Shown here: positions 1-8,306 of the stretch, in pieces
How the letters are laid out: every line of letters begins with the position of its first letter
Position numbering within the stretch: position 1 is the stretch's first letter
DNA from: Syntrophaceae bacterium UBA4767
GTDB lineage: Bacteria > Desulfobacterota > Syntrophia > Syntrophales > UBA4767
Reading direction: 5' to 3'
Assembly: GCA_002403385.1 (NCBI GenBank)
Contig: DHHR01000064.1
Span: 782-64,781, forward strand
DNA: 64,000 nucleotides
Position numbers and translations under genes: made by a program
The notes under the pieces: generated by a model
What the model was told of the DNA's origin: nothing
The model's input: the letters and a program-made list of their open reading frames with translations, nothing else
The model's database searches: none

Positions 1-442
1 GATTCTTCGTTTCTATCGTCTCATTGACGGGAATTACGCGGAAAAAAGGCGAAGCGTTCGTTTTTGTCAGCATCTCGGGAATTTGAGAAAATTCTTCGTC
101 GGTGTATTTGGCCCATAAATCAAACAGGGACTGCGGCGCATCCTTCCAGAGAACGGTGGCATCGTGAAACTGAAGGATATGACGTGGCATCCGGTAGTAG
201 GTCTTGCCGTCTTTTGTATAATCAAAAACAACCCCTTTGATAAAAAGCTGTTGCAGTATCTTTGACATTTCTTCGTCTGTCTTGCCAAACTTATCTGAAA
301 GTTCCCCCCTTGTTGCCGGCATGGCATTTATGATTTCAGCCTCTTGTTTGCTGCAGATCGTTCGCCATATATCAGGAACAAATTTAGAGTCCCTCATCCC
401 CACTTTACCTGCTAGCTCACGGTAAACATCTGTAGTATTCAC
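1..442 (-). CDS. Partial CDS (first 147 codons; continues past the window start), function unknown
   Basis: The minus-strand frame is open from GTG (442-440) to position 1. A GGAGGGGG Shine-Dalgarno (rc of 451-458) lies 8 nt upstream. Translation reads VNTTDVYRELAGKVGMRDSKF...FFRVIPVNETIETKN. The tracked ORF 67..327 is in a different, less plausible frame. Confidence 0.5.
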   Translation of the reverse strand, partial: MNTTDVYRELAGKVGMRDSKFVPDIWRTICSKQEAEIINAMPATRGELSDKFGKTDEEMSKILQQLFIKGVVFDYTKDGKTYYRMPRHILQFHDATVLWKDAPQSLFDLWAKYTDEEFSQIPEMLTKTNASPFFRVIPVNETIETKN

Positions 443-496
443 AATTTTTACCCCCTCCAAACCTTGGTTTATTAAAGTTAAGGCTTCTATAGCATA

Positions 497-633
497 CGAC
501 TTTTAAACGGTGTCATGGTTCGACCGTTCGACGAACTCACCATGACACCTCAAAAGTGTCACTCTGAGCTGTTTGTCCTGAGTTTATCGAAGGGTCGAAG
601 GGTGACTATTTATGGTTTACTGTGACTTTTAAG
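497..633. repeat. Intergenic hairpin-module repeat; a rearranged variant of the modules carried by MITE-A
   Basis: It contains GTCATGGTTCGAC...CTCACCATGAC (512-546) and GTCACTCTGAGCTGTTTGTCCTGAGTTTATCGAAGGGTCGAAGGGTGAC (557-606). Both are near-identical to internal modules at 28.7, 35.7 and 44.9 kb but occur in swapped order. Confidence 0.6.
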
Positions 634-635
634 AA

Positions 636-1325
636 TCATAAGGGCATAATTCCTTCTTGACGGAAGCTGAAAAAACGATTTTCGCCAACAATAACGTGAT
701 CATGAACCACGATATCCAGAATTTTGGCAGTTTCATGGATAGCCTTGGTCAATTTGATATCTGCTTCCGAGGGCTGAACATAACCGGACGGGTGGTTGTG
801 AACGAGAATGATGGCGGAGGCTTTGTTTTTCAACGCCTTCTCCATGACCTTTCGCGGGTAAACCACAGCCTGATTGACAATGCCTTCCTGAACCGTATTG
901 ACATTAATGATCTTATTCCGTGCATCCAGATAAATAACACAAAACCGCTCATCTTTCAGCCCGCCCATTGTGGTTTTACAATAATTCAATAACTCTTCGG
1001 TGCATGTTATCTGTTCTTTTTCCTTTGCCTTTTGCCCAAGATACAAATTCCCCATTTCCTTAATCAGCTTGAGTAAAACAGCGGCATGCATTCCAATGCC
1101 TGAGACCTTGCTGATGTCCTCAATTTCAGCATCCACAATGTTTTTCAAACTGCCGAAACGGGTTAGCAATTCCTTGGCGAGCGGCTTGACATCTTTCCTG
1201 GAAATCGCATAGGAAAGGAGAAGTTCCAGGACCTCATAATCATGGAATGCTTGAAGGCCGGCATCAAAAAATTTCTTCTTTAAACGTTGACGATGCCCTC
1301 TGTATGCCGAAATTGCTTGCTGCAT
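636..1325 (-). CDS. radC: RadC-family JAB/MPN domain protein
   Basis: 229-aa ORF with the C-terminal 'ILVHNHPSG' JAB motif and an HhH-like N-terminal region typical of RadC. Confidence 0.9.
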   Translation of the reverse strand: MQQAISAYRGHRQRLKKKFFDAGLQAFHDYEVLELLLSYAISRKDVKPLAKELLTRFGSLKNIVDAEIEDISKVSGIGMHAAVLLKLIKEMGNLYLGQKAKEKEQITCTEELLNYCKTTMGGLKDERFCVIYLDARNKIINVNTVQEGIVNQAVVYPRKVMEKALKNKASAIILVHNHPSGYVQPSEADIKLTKAIHETAKILDIVVHDHVIVGENRFFSFRQEGIMPL

Positions 1326-1905
1326 AAAAGTTTAATGTCGGTATCCCGTCCTCTGGGCTTGTAATATTTTGGAAGCGTCTTGTTCAAGGGAACCATAGTT
1401 TTTTGCTGATCTGGAATTTGTGGTCCATCCATACAAAACACGATTACATCGAAATCAATGAACTTCGTAACCTTGTCAAGATAGCATTTCATTGCCAAAA
1501 TCAGAAGATAACTCATGAAATTTAGACATTTACTCAATATGCCGAGATTCTGACACAAAAATAATGACGATTTACTTTTCTTACCTTTTCATTTTTTTGT
1601 CAAGTATAACCATTTGATGTGTAAGAAGCACATAAATTGTCCTGTTTGTAGCACATAGTTCGACAGGCTCACTACTCGACAGCCTCACTAAGTGTCCGGT
1701 TGGTAAGTTGCCTCCTGGAGGTGACTCTGGAGGTGACTGATGAGACGGACAGAGCGACAACAGGAGATATGGAAGATGCGTTTTGAAGAGGCATATGAAG
1801 TATGGATGGAAAGACGAATCAACCAGGAAACTGGATATTTCTATTTGTTGACAACAGTCCTTTTTAGGGTTGGGGAAGGCTAAATTAGTGTTATGTCCTC
1901 TAAAA

Positions 1906-2925
1906 TCAAGCTTCAAACAGCTTTGAAAACTGCCGTGGTTTTCTCCCCTTCCATTTTCCCCTATGGTAGGCGTAACTGGCCAAGAGCGGCAGCACGGAGG
2001 TTGCTTCGGCATAGACCATCTGCTCAAAAGCCACATCAACTTTTCCCCATGATGTGGCTTCTTTCAATGTGGAACTCGAACAGGCCCCATCCCTTACGTC
2101 GGCTACCGTAATCTGTACAGCATATTTATGCATAGGAACCTTTTTGCCCAATATCTCCGCACAAATAACGGTATCCTGAACGAAATTCTTGGGCACACCG
2201 CCGCCGATGATGAAGATTCCCGTTGTCTTTGCTGCCATCTTGATCATGGTTAGTTCACGAAAATCTTTTACAGAATCAATGGATACATGTTTATCAGGGC
2301 GTTGATACTGATGGAGGGCCAGACCGAAACCGGCGCTGCTGTCTGAAAAGGCCGGGCAGAATACGGGAACATCGCGCTCATAGGCAATCTGGACCAGCGA
2401 ATCCTTTTTTGCCGAATGCGCAGACAGATAACGGCCCATTTCCATGATAAATTCCCTTGAAGAATAGGCTCCGGGAGTAAGGCTGTCGGCGATCTCCTTG
2501 ATAGTCCTGTCGCATATTTGCAGCTCTTCCTCGTCAATAAAGGTATCGTAGATACGATCGATATAGAGCTTTCTTAAAAGCCCATCGTCAACATTTGCAC
2601 TGCCCCTGTAATGTTTGAAGCCAAGGGCTTCGAAAAAATCCATATCCACAACGGTGGCTCCCGTGGCAACAACGGCGTCAACCATGTTGTATTTTATCAG
2701 GTCTGAATAAATTTGCATGCACCCGCCGGCGCTGGTCGAACCCGCAATGGAAAGAATAATGGCACAGTCCTTATCAGCCAGCATCCTGTCATAAATTTCA
2801 GCCGCCTGGGCAAGATCTCTGGCCGTAAATGACATACCCTTCATGGCTTCGATAATGTTCACTGCATCAATAGTTTTAATATCAATATGCTTGATCGGCG
2901 CTTTCAAAAAATCTATTTTCTTCAT
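1906..2925 (-). CDS. Deoxyhypusine synthase family protein (bacterial DHS-like)
   Basis: 339-aa ORF with 'IIGGGVPKNF' and C-terminal 'EATSWGK' motifs characteristic of the DHS family. Confidence 0.85.
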   Translation of the reverse strand: MKKIDFLKAPIKHIDIKTIDAVNIIEAMKGMSFTARDLAQAAEIYDRMLADKDCAIILSIAGSTSAGGCMQIYSDLIKYNMVDAVVATGATVVDMDFFEALGFKHYRGSANVDDGLLRKLYIDRIYDTFIDEEELQICDRTIKEIADSLTPGAYSSREFIMEMGRYLSAHSAKKDSLVQIAYERDVPVFCPAFSDSSAGFGLALHQYQRPDKHVSIDSVKDFRELTMIKMAAKTTGIFIIGGGVPKNFVQDTVICAEILGKKVPMHKYAVQITVADVRDGACSSSTLKEATSWGKVDVAFEQMVYAEATSVLPLLASYAYHRGKWKGRKPRQFSKLFEA

Positions 2926-3102
2926 AAAATACTTCCATAAACCTTTCCTTAATTAGGTGATTATTAATAAAGCAGTGCGCATCAAATGTCAATGGCTGTG
3001 AAGATGCTGTTTCTTTTGCGCTATTCGACAAAGCGCATGAGATATTGTCATAAGAACCGAATTCTGATAGATTCTATCATTTATTAGGTAAAGTATAGGG
3101 TA

Positions 3103-4446
3103 ATGGAAAATATTCTCAGTGTTTCGGAATTGAATGAACAAATTAGGAATCTACTAGAGGCCCATTTTGATTTTGTGTGGGTTGAGGGAGAGGTTTCAAA
3201 CCTCCGTCGCCCGGCATCCGGTCATGTGTATTTCACACTCAAAGATGAACAGAGTCAAATCAGGGCCGTTATTTTTCGCCCTTGGGGTTACCCATCGCGT
3301 ATCTCCTCAAGAGAATTCGAGCTAGAAGAGGGGATGGCCGTTGTTTGCAAGGCGAGATTGAACCTCTACCCGCCACGGGGTGAATACCAGCTTGTTGTTG
3401 ATGCCATGGAACCGAAAGGAATTGGCGCCCTTCAAAAAGCTTTTGAACAATTAAAAGCCCGTCTGCAGGCCGAAGGTCTCTTTGACTCCGCCCACAAAAA
3501 GGCCATTCCATTTTTACCGGAGCGAATTGGCGTTATTACATCACCTACCGGCGCTGTTGTTAGAGATATTCTGAATATCACAACACGCCGTTTTTCTTCT
3601 GTAAATATTTTAGTCGTTCCCGTAAGAGTTCAGGGAAGAGAAGCTCCGAATGAGATAATACAAGCCATCGAAGATTTGCGCACCTTAGGAAATGTTGATG
3701 TGGCCATCCTAGCCAGAGGCGGGGGAACGCTGGAGGATCTTGCCGCCTTCAACGACGAGGGGGTTGCACGGGCTATTTACCATTCAGAAATTCCCATCAT
3801 CTCGGCCATCGGCCATGAAACGGATTTTACCATTGCAGATTTTGTTTCGGATCTCAGAGCGCCTACCCCATCAGCGGCGGCGGAACTGGTTGTTCCGGAA
3901 AAGGAAGAGCTCAGGACCACCCTTATCGCTTCGTGCCTTAGAATAATGGAAAATCATCGCAGGTATTTGAAACGACATCTTGAGAATCTGGATATGCTGC
4001 GGCAGCGAATACAAGAACCAAAACGAAAAATTGCCGATCTGTGCTTGAAACTCGATGACTGTCTCGAAAGGCTCAAGGCAAGCTTCGGCAGCCAAACTGT
4101 CATCAGGAAGCACCTCCTAGAAAACTTGGGCATTCGACTTAGGCATGAAAGCCCACTATTGAAAATAAAAGATGGACAATCTTCTGTAGAAAACTTAAAG
4201 CTTAATATAATAGCAAAGTGCACGGCAATGATGGAAATGCTGAAAAAACAGATCGAAGCCCATATGTCCTTGCTCCATTCGTTAAGTCCTCTGGCCGTTT
4301 TGGAAAGAGGTTACAGCATTGCTAGAAGTCTGCCACAGGGGACGATTATCAAAAAGGCGCGGTCCGTCCTGCCCGGAGATTTCGTGGATGTCAAGGTTTC
4401 GTCCGGACATTTTCAGGCAACAGTCACAGATATATTTGAGGAGTAA
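3103..4446 (+). CDS. xseA: Exodeoxyribonuclease VII large subunit
   Basis: 447 aa with the OB-fold N-terminus 'VWVEGEVSNLRRPASGHVYFTLKD'. xseB follows 5 nt downstream. Confidence 0.9.
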   Translation: MENILSVSELNEQIRNLLEAHFDFVWVEGEVSNLRRPASGHVYFTLKDEQSQIRAVIFRPWGYPSRISSREFELEEGMAVVCKARLNLYPPRGEYQLVVDAMEPKGIGALQKAFEQLKARLQAEGLFDSAHKKAIPFLPERIGVITSPTGAVVRDILNITTRRFSSVNILVVPVRVQGREAPNEIIQAIEDLRTLGNVDVAILARGGGTLEDLAAFNDEGVARAIYHSEIPIISAIGHETDFTIADFVSDLRAPTPSAAAELVVPEKEELRTTLIASCLRIMENHRRYLKRHLENLDMLRQRIQEPKRKIADLCLKLDDCLERLKASFGSQTVIRKHLLENLGIRLRHESPLLKIKDGQSSVENLKLNIIAKCTAMMEMLKKQIEAHMSLLHSLSPLAVLERGYSIARSLPQGTIIKKARSVLPGDFVDVKVSSGHFQATVTDIFEE

Positions 4447-4451
4447 AGAAG

Positions 4452-4691
4452 ATGGCAAGGGAAAAGTTTGAAGAATCAATGAATAGGCTGGAAGAGATCG
4501 TCAGGAAGATGGAAGCAGGGGACATGGAGCTTGAAGAATCTCTCAAGGCCTTTGAAGAGGGAATCAAATTGGCAAGAGCCTGTGCGAAAAAACTGGAAGA
4601 AGCCCAGAGACGGGTGGAAATCCTCCTCAGAGATGAAGAAGGTCTCGCGGTAAAATCCTTTCTGGAGGAAGGCATTGATGACCAATCATAA
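4452..4691 (+). CDS. xseB: Exodeoxyribonuclease VII small subunit
   Basis: 79 aa with the 'FEESMNRLEEIVRKMEAGDMELEESLKAFEEG' signature. Confidence 0.9.
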   Translation: MAREKFEESMNRLEEIVRKMEAGDMELEESLKAFEEGIKLARACAKKLEEAQRRVEILLRDEEGLAVKSFLEEGIDDQS

Positions 4692-5586
4692 CGACATATC
4701 TCTTGAATCCTATCTTGAATCAAGAAGAGCCATTATCAATGAGGCGCTAAACCAGCATATCCCGGGGGATGACGCCTACCCACCGATCATATTTAAAGCC
4801 ATTCGCCATAGCCTCTTTGCGGGAGGAAAACGCCTCAGGCCCATTTTGTGTCTGGCAGCAGCCGAAGCCGTGGGAGGCGACATCTATGTTATGCTTCCCG
4901 TTGCCTGTGCGCTTGAGTTTATCCATACCTATTCACTTATTCATGACGATCTTCCCGCCATGGACAACGACGATTACAGAAGGGGCAAACCGACGCTTCA
5001 CAAAGCCTTCAACGAAGCCGTGGCCATTCTGGCTGGTGACGCTCTTCTTACAGAAGCTTTTCGTTTGATGTCGGATAAAGAGCTCTCCCGTCGTATTCCG
5101 GCGCAGAAGATATTGGATGCCATACAGATAATCTCCAAAGCGGCAGGCTGTTTCGGAATGATCGGGGGGCAGACAGTTGACATCCTTTCGGAAGGAACGG
5201 AAGTAGATGCTAAAACACTTCATTACATCCACACCAGAAAAACAGGCGCCATGATAGTGGCTGCTGTTAAGGCCGGAGCGTTATTGTCGAACGCCACGGA
5301 GAAGCAAATTCTTTCCCTGTCAGCTTACGCAGAAAATATTGGGCTGGCCTTCCAGATCGCCGATGACATCCTTAATGTCGAGGGAGATCCCAAGGTAATG
5401 GGGAAGAAAAGTGGAACAGACGCCTGTCGGGGTAAAATAACTTTTCCTGCCCTGATGGGGATTGAGTCGTCGCGGACAGAAATTCACAAGCTGGTGGAAA
5501 GGGCTATAATCGAACTGGCAAATTTTGATCATCACGCAATCCCTCTTAAGATGATCGCCCAATATGTCATGGAACGCAACGCTTGA
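4675..5586 (+). CDS. ispA: Polyprenyl (farnesyl/geranylgeranyl) diphosphate synthase
   Basis: Asp-rich motifs 'LIHDDLPAMDNDDYRRG' and 'FQIADDILN'. The xseB-ispA-dxs order is conserved. It overlaps the xseB end by 17 nt. Confidence 0.85.
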   Translation: MMTNHNDISLESYLESRRAIINEALNQHIPGDDAYPPIIFKAIRHSLFAGGKRLRPILCLAAAEAVGGDIYVMLPVACALEFIHTYSLIHDDLPAMDNDDYRRGKPTLHKAFNEAVAILAGDALLTEAFRLMSDKELSRRIPAQKILDAIQIISKAAGCFGMIGGQTVDILSEGTEVDAKTLHYIHTRKTGAMIVAAVKAGALLSNATEKQILSLSAYAENIGLAFQIADDILNVEGDPKVMGKKSGTDACRGKITFPALMGIESSRTEIHKLVERAIIELANFDHHAIPLKMIAQYVMERNA

Positions 5587-5637
5587 GTCCAAGCGTAAAC
5601 AAGCCCCCGGCGAATCAGCGAAATACAGGGAAAAACA

Positions 5638-7539
5638 ATGACAGACAATGGGAAAAAACAAAGCATATTAAACAGGATCAACAAACTCAAAGACATAAAA
5701 ACTCTTGACTCGACTGAATTAAATATCTTGGCAGAGGAGATCAGGACAATAATCATTGATACCGTCTCCCAAAATGGCGGCCATCTGGCTTCCTCTCTGG
5801 GAGTGGTGGAGTTGACCATAGCAATACACTATGTTTTTGATACGCCGAGGGATAAACTCATCTGGGATGTAGGCCACCAGACCTACGCACATAAGATCCT
5901 GACCGGTCGCAAGAACCGGTTTCACACTCTCAGGCGGAAGGGCGGCATCAGCGGATTTCCAAATACAGCAGAAAGTATATATGACACCTTCAACGTAGGG
6001 CACTCCGGCACGTCCATATCAGCCGCCAGCGGCATCGCGGAAGCAAAGTGCCTCATGGGAGAAGACGTAAAGACCATCGCGGTCATTGGTGACGGCTCCA
6101 TGACCACCGGGATGACCTATGAAGCCATCAACTGGGCTGGCAGCCGGGGGAAAAATATAGTCGTCATATTAAATGATAACGAAATGTCCATCTCACCCAA
6201 TGTCGGCGCCATTTCGGCATATTTAAACCGGCTTATGACAGGTCAGACCATAACCCAATTGAAGTTGGATATTAAACGCCTTATGAAAAATATTCCTCTT
6301 GTCGGGGAACAGATGATCAAGTTTACACGCCAGATGGAAGAGTCTCTCAAGGCGTTTTTTGCGCCGGGCATCCTGTTTGAAGAATTGGGATTCACCTATG
6401 TGGGGCCCCTCGAGGGACACCGTATAGACCGGCTGATAAAAACTCTGGAAAATGTCAAAAACTTCCAGAGTCCTGTCATTGTTCACGTAATTACCAAGAA
6501 GGGGAAGGGTTACAGATACGCCGAAGAGAATCCTGCCGCCTTTCATGGGATCTCGCCATTTAATATCGATACGGGAAAACCCCTGTTGACAGACAAACTT
6601 CCTCCGATTCCATCCTACACGGAGATTTTCGGTAAAACCATAATGAAAATGGCCCGCGAAAATCCCAGGATTGTCGCCGTTACGGCCGCCATGTGCGATG
6701 GAACCGGGCTGACTCAGTTTGCTCGCGAATTTCCCAAGCGATTTTATGATGTGGGCATTGCAGAACAACACGGGGTAACATTTGCAGCAGGTCTTGCCAC
6801 GGAAGGGATGATTCCCGTTGTCGCTATCTATTCCACGTTTCTGCAAAGGGCTTACGACCAAATCCTTCATGATGTGTGTCTCCAGAAGTTACCGGTCATT
6901 TTTGCCATTGATCGAGCCGGTTTTGTTGGAGAAGACGGGCAGACTCATCATGGCCTTTTCGATTACACCTATATGCGCTCCATGCCTCACATTATAGTCA
7001 TGGCTCCGAAGGACGAAAATGAACTCCAGCACATGCTGAAGACTGCCATCTCCTGCGGAAAACCAGTTTCGGTCCGGTATCCGCGAGGCCGGGGCGCGGG
7101 GGTTCCCATGGATGATGAGCCGGTTTCACTGGAAATCGGGAAAGGAGAAATCATCATGGAAGGGGAGGATATGGCAATTATAGCTGTCGGATCCTGCGTA
7201 CAGCCGGCTGTCTCAGCGGCTAGAAAACTAAAGGATGAAAACATCTCTGTCATGGCAATCAATGCCCGATTCATCAAACCGCTGGACGAAAAGCTTTTAT
7301 GCAATACGGGACGGCTTATAAAAAAAATAATTACTGTGGAAGAAAATGTCCTCATGGGAGGATTTGGAAGCGCCGTTCTCGAACTTTTCGCAAAAGAGGG
7401 TCTGTCTGATGTCACCGTCAAAACACTCGGTATTGGAGATATGTTTGTTGAGCATGCTGCCCAAGAAGAACTGAGAAGAATGTATGGTCTCGATGAGGAG
7501 GGCATCATGGCTGCCGCCCGAACGATGATCGCCATGTGA
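5638..7539 (+). CDS. dxs: 1-deoxy-D-xylulose-5-phosphate synthase
   Basis: 633 aa with 'GHSGTSISAASG' and the TPP-binding 'GDGSMTTGMTYEAIN'. Confidence 0.95.
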   Translation: MTDNGKKQSILNRINKLKDIKTLDSTELNILAEEIRTIIIDTVSQNGGHLASSLGVVELTIAIHYVFDTPRDKLIWDVGHQTYAHKILTGRKNRFHTLRRKGGISGFPNTAESIYDTFNVGHSGTSISAASGIAEAKCLMGEDVKTIAVIGDGSMTTGMTYEAINWAGSRGKNIVVILNDNEMSISPNVGAISAYLNRLMTGQTITQLKLDIKRLMKNIPLVGEQMIKFTRQMEESLKAFFAPGILFEELGFTYVGPLEGHRIDRLIKTLENVKNFQSPVIVHVITKKGKGYRYAEENPAAFHGISPFNIDTGKPLLTDKLPPIPSYTEIFGKTIMKMARENPRIVAVTAAMCDGTGLTQFAREFPKRFYDVGIAEQHGVTFAAGLATEGMIPVVAIYSTFLQRAYDQILHDVCLQKLPVIFAIDRAGFVGEDGQTHHGLFDYTYMRSMPHIIVMAPKDENELQHMLKTAISCGKPVSVRYPRGRGAGVPMDDEPVSLEIGKGEIIMEGEDMAIIAVGSCVQPAVSAARKLKDENISVMAINARFIKPLDEKLLCNTGRLIKKIITVEENVLMGGFGSAVLELFAKEGLSDVTVKTLGIGDMFVEHAAQEELRRMYGLDEEGIMAAARTMIAM

Positions 7540-8300
7540 GGACCGACGGCGTGAATATCAAAAGCCCCAAAATCCGTTTAGACAAGTTGCTGGTAGAGAA
7601 AGGTATATCTCCCACGCTCAAGCAATCCGGCGCCCTGATCATGGCAGGCGCCATACTTGTTGGAAGCAAGAGAATAGATAAAGTGGGGACGCTTGTCCCT
7701 TCAGATGCCGAGATAAGAATTAACGGCGAGGATCATCCCTACGTAAGCCGGGGTGGACTGAAACTTAGAAGCGCCCTGAAGATCTTTAGACTTAATGTAC
7801 AGGGCTTAACTGTTGTCGATGTAGGAGCCTCCACGGGAGGATTTACCGACTGCCTCCTTCAGGAAGGCGCCGCCAAGGTCTATGCTCTTGACGTTGCTTA
7901 CGGCCAATTGGCATGGGAGTTAAGACAAGATTTGCGGGTTGTTGTGCTCGAAAGGACAAATATACGCCACTTCGATGGCACAGCAATAGGTGATTCCATT
8001 GACATGGCCACCATTGATACTTCCTTTATCTCTCTCAAGCTGGTCATTCCTCCTACCGCCAAGCTCGTCAGAGCGGGCGGCGTCATTGTTGCCCTCATCA
8101 AACCGCAGTTCGAGGTGGAGCGCACAGAGGTTGAAAAGCGCGGCGTGGTTGAAGATCCCGTCTTGCACCGCAGAGTGATCAGGGACATTGCATCCTTCAG
8201 CAGAAAGTTGAAGCTGGAGGTAATGGAAACATGCGAGTCCCCTCTTTTAGGCCCGGCGGGCAATAAAGAATTTTTTATTTATCTGAAAAACACAGGATAA
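7536..8300 (+). CDS. tlyA: TlyA-family rRNA 2'-O-methyltransferase
   Basis: S4 domain 'IRLDKLLVEKG' and SAM motif 'VVDVGASTGGFTD'. The GTG start overlaps the dxs stop; GTG 7551 is an alternative start. Confidence 0.8.
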   Translation: MRTDGVNIKSPKIRLDKLLVEKGISPTLKQSGALIMAGAILVGSKRIDKVGTLVPSDAEIRINGEDHPYVSRGGLKLRSALKIFRLNVQGLTVVDVGASTGGFTDCLLQEGAAKVYALDVAYGQLAWELRQDLRVVVLERTNIRHFDGTAIGDSIDMATIDTSFISLKLVIPPTAKLVRAGGVIVALIKPQFEVERTEVEKRGVVEDPVLHRRVIRDIASFSRKLKLEVMETCESPLLGPAGNKEFFIYLKNTG

Positions 8301-8306
8301 ATTAAG

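Noticed and set aside
67-327. Tracked 86-aa minus-strand ORF (MPCRQQGGNF...).
   Set aside because: A different minus-strand frame is open across the whole of 1-442, with a GTG start and a strong Shine-Dalgarno, and gives a more protein-like sequence. The tracked ORF is an overlapping off-frame ORF.
1581-2039. A 152-aa minus-strand ORF spanning the gap and the 3' end of the DHS-like gene.
   Set aside because: It overlaps the well-supported DHS gene out of frame. Its sequence is low-complexity and partly translated from MITE-related repeats ('LVRLSSSEPVEL').
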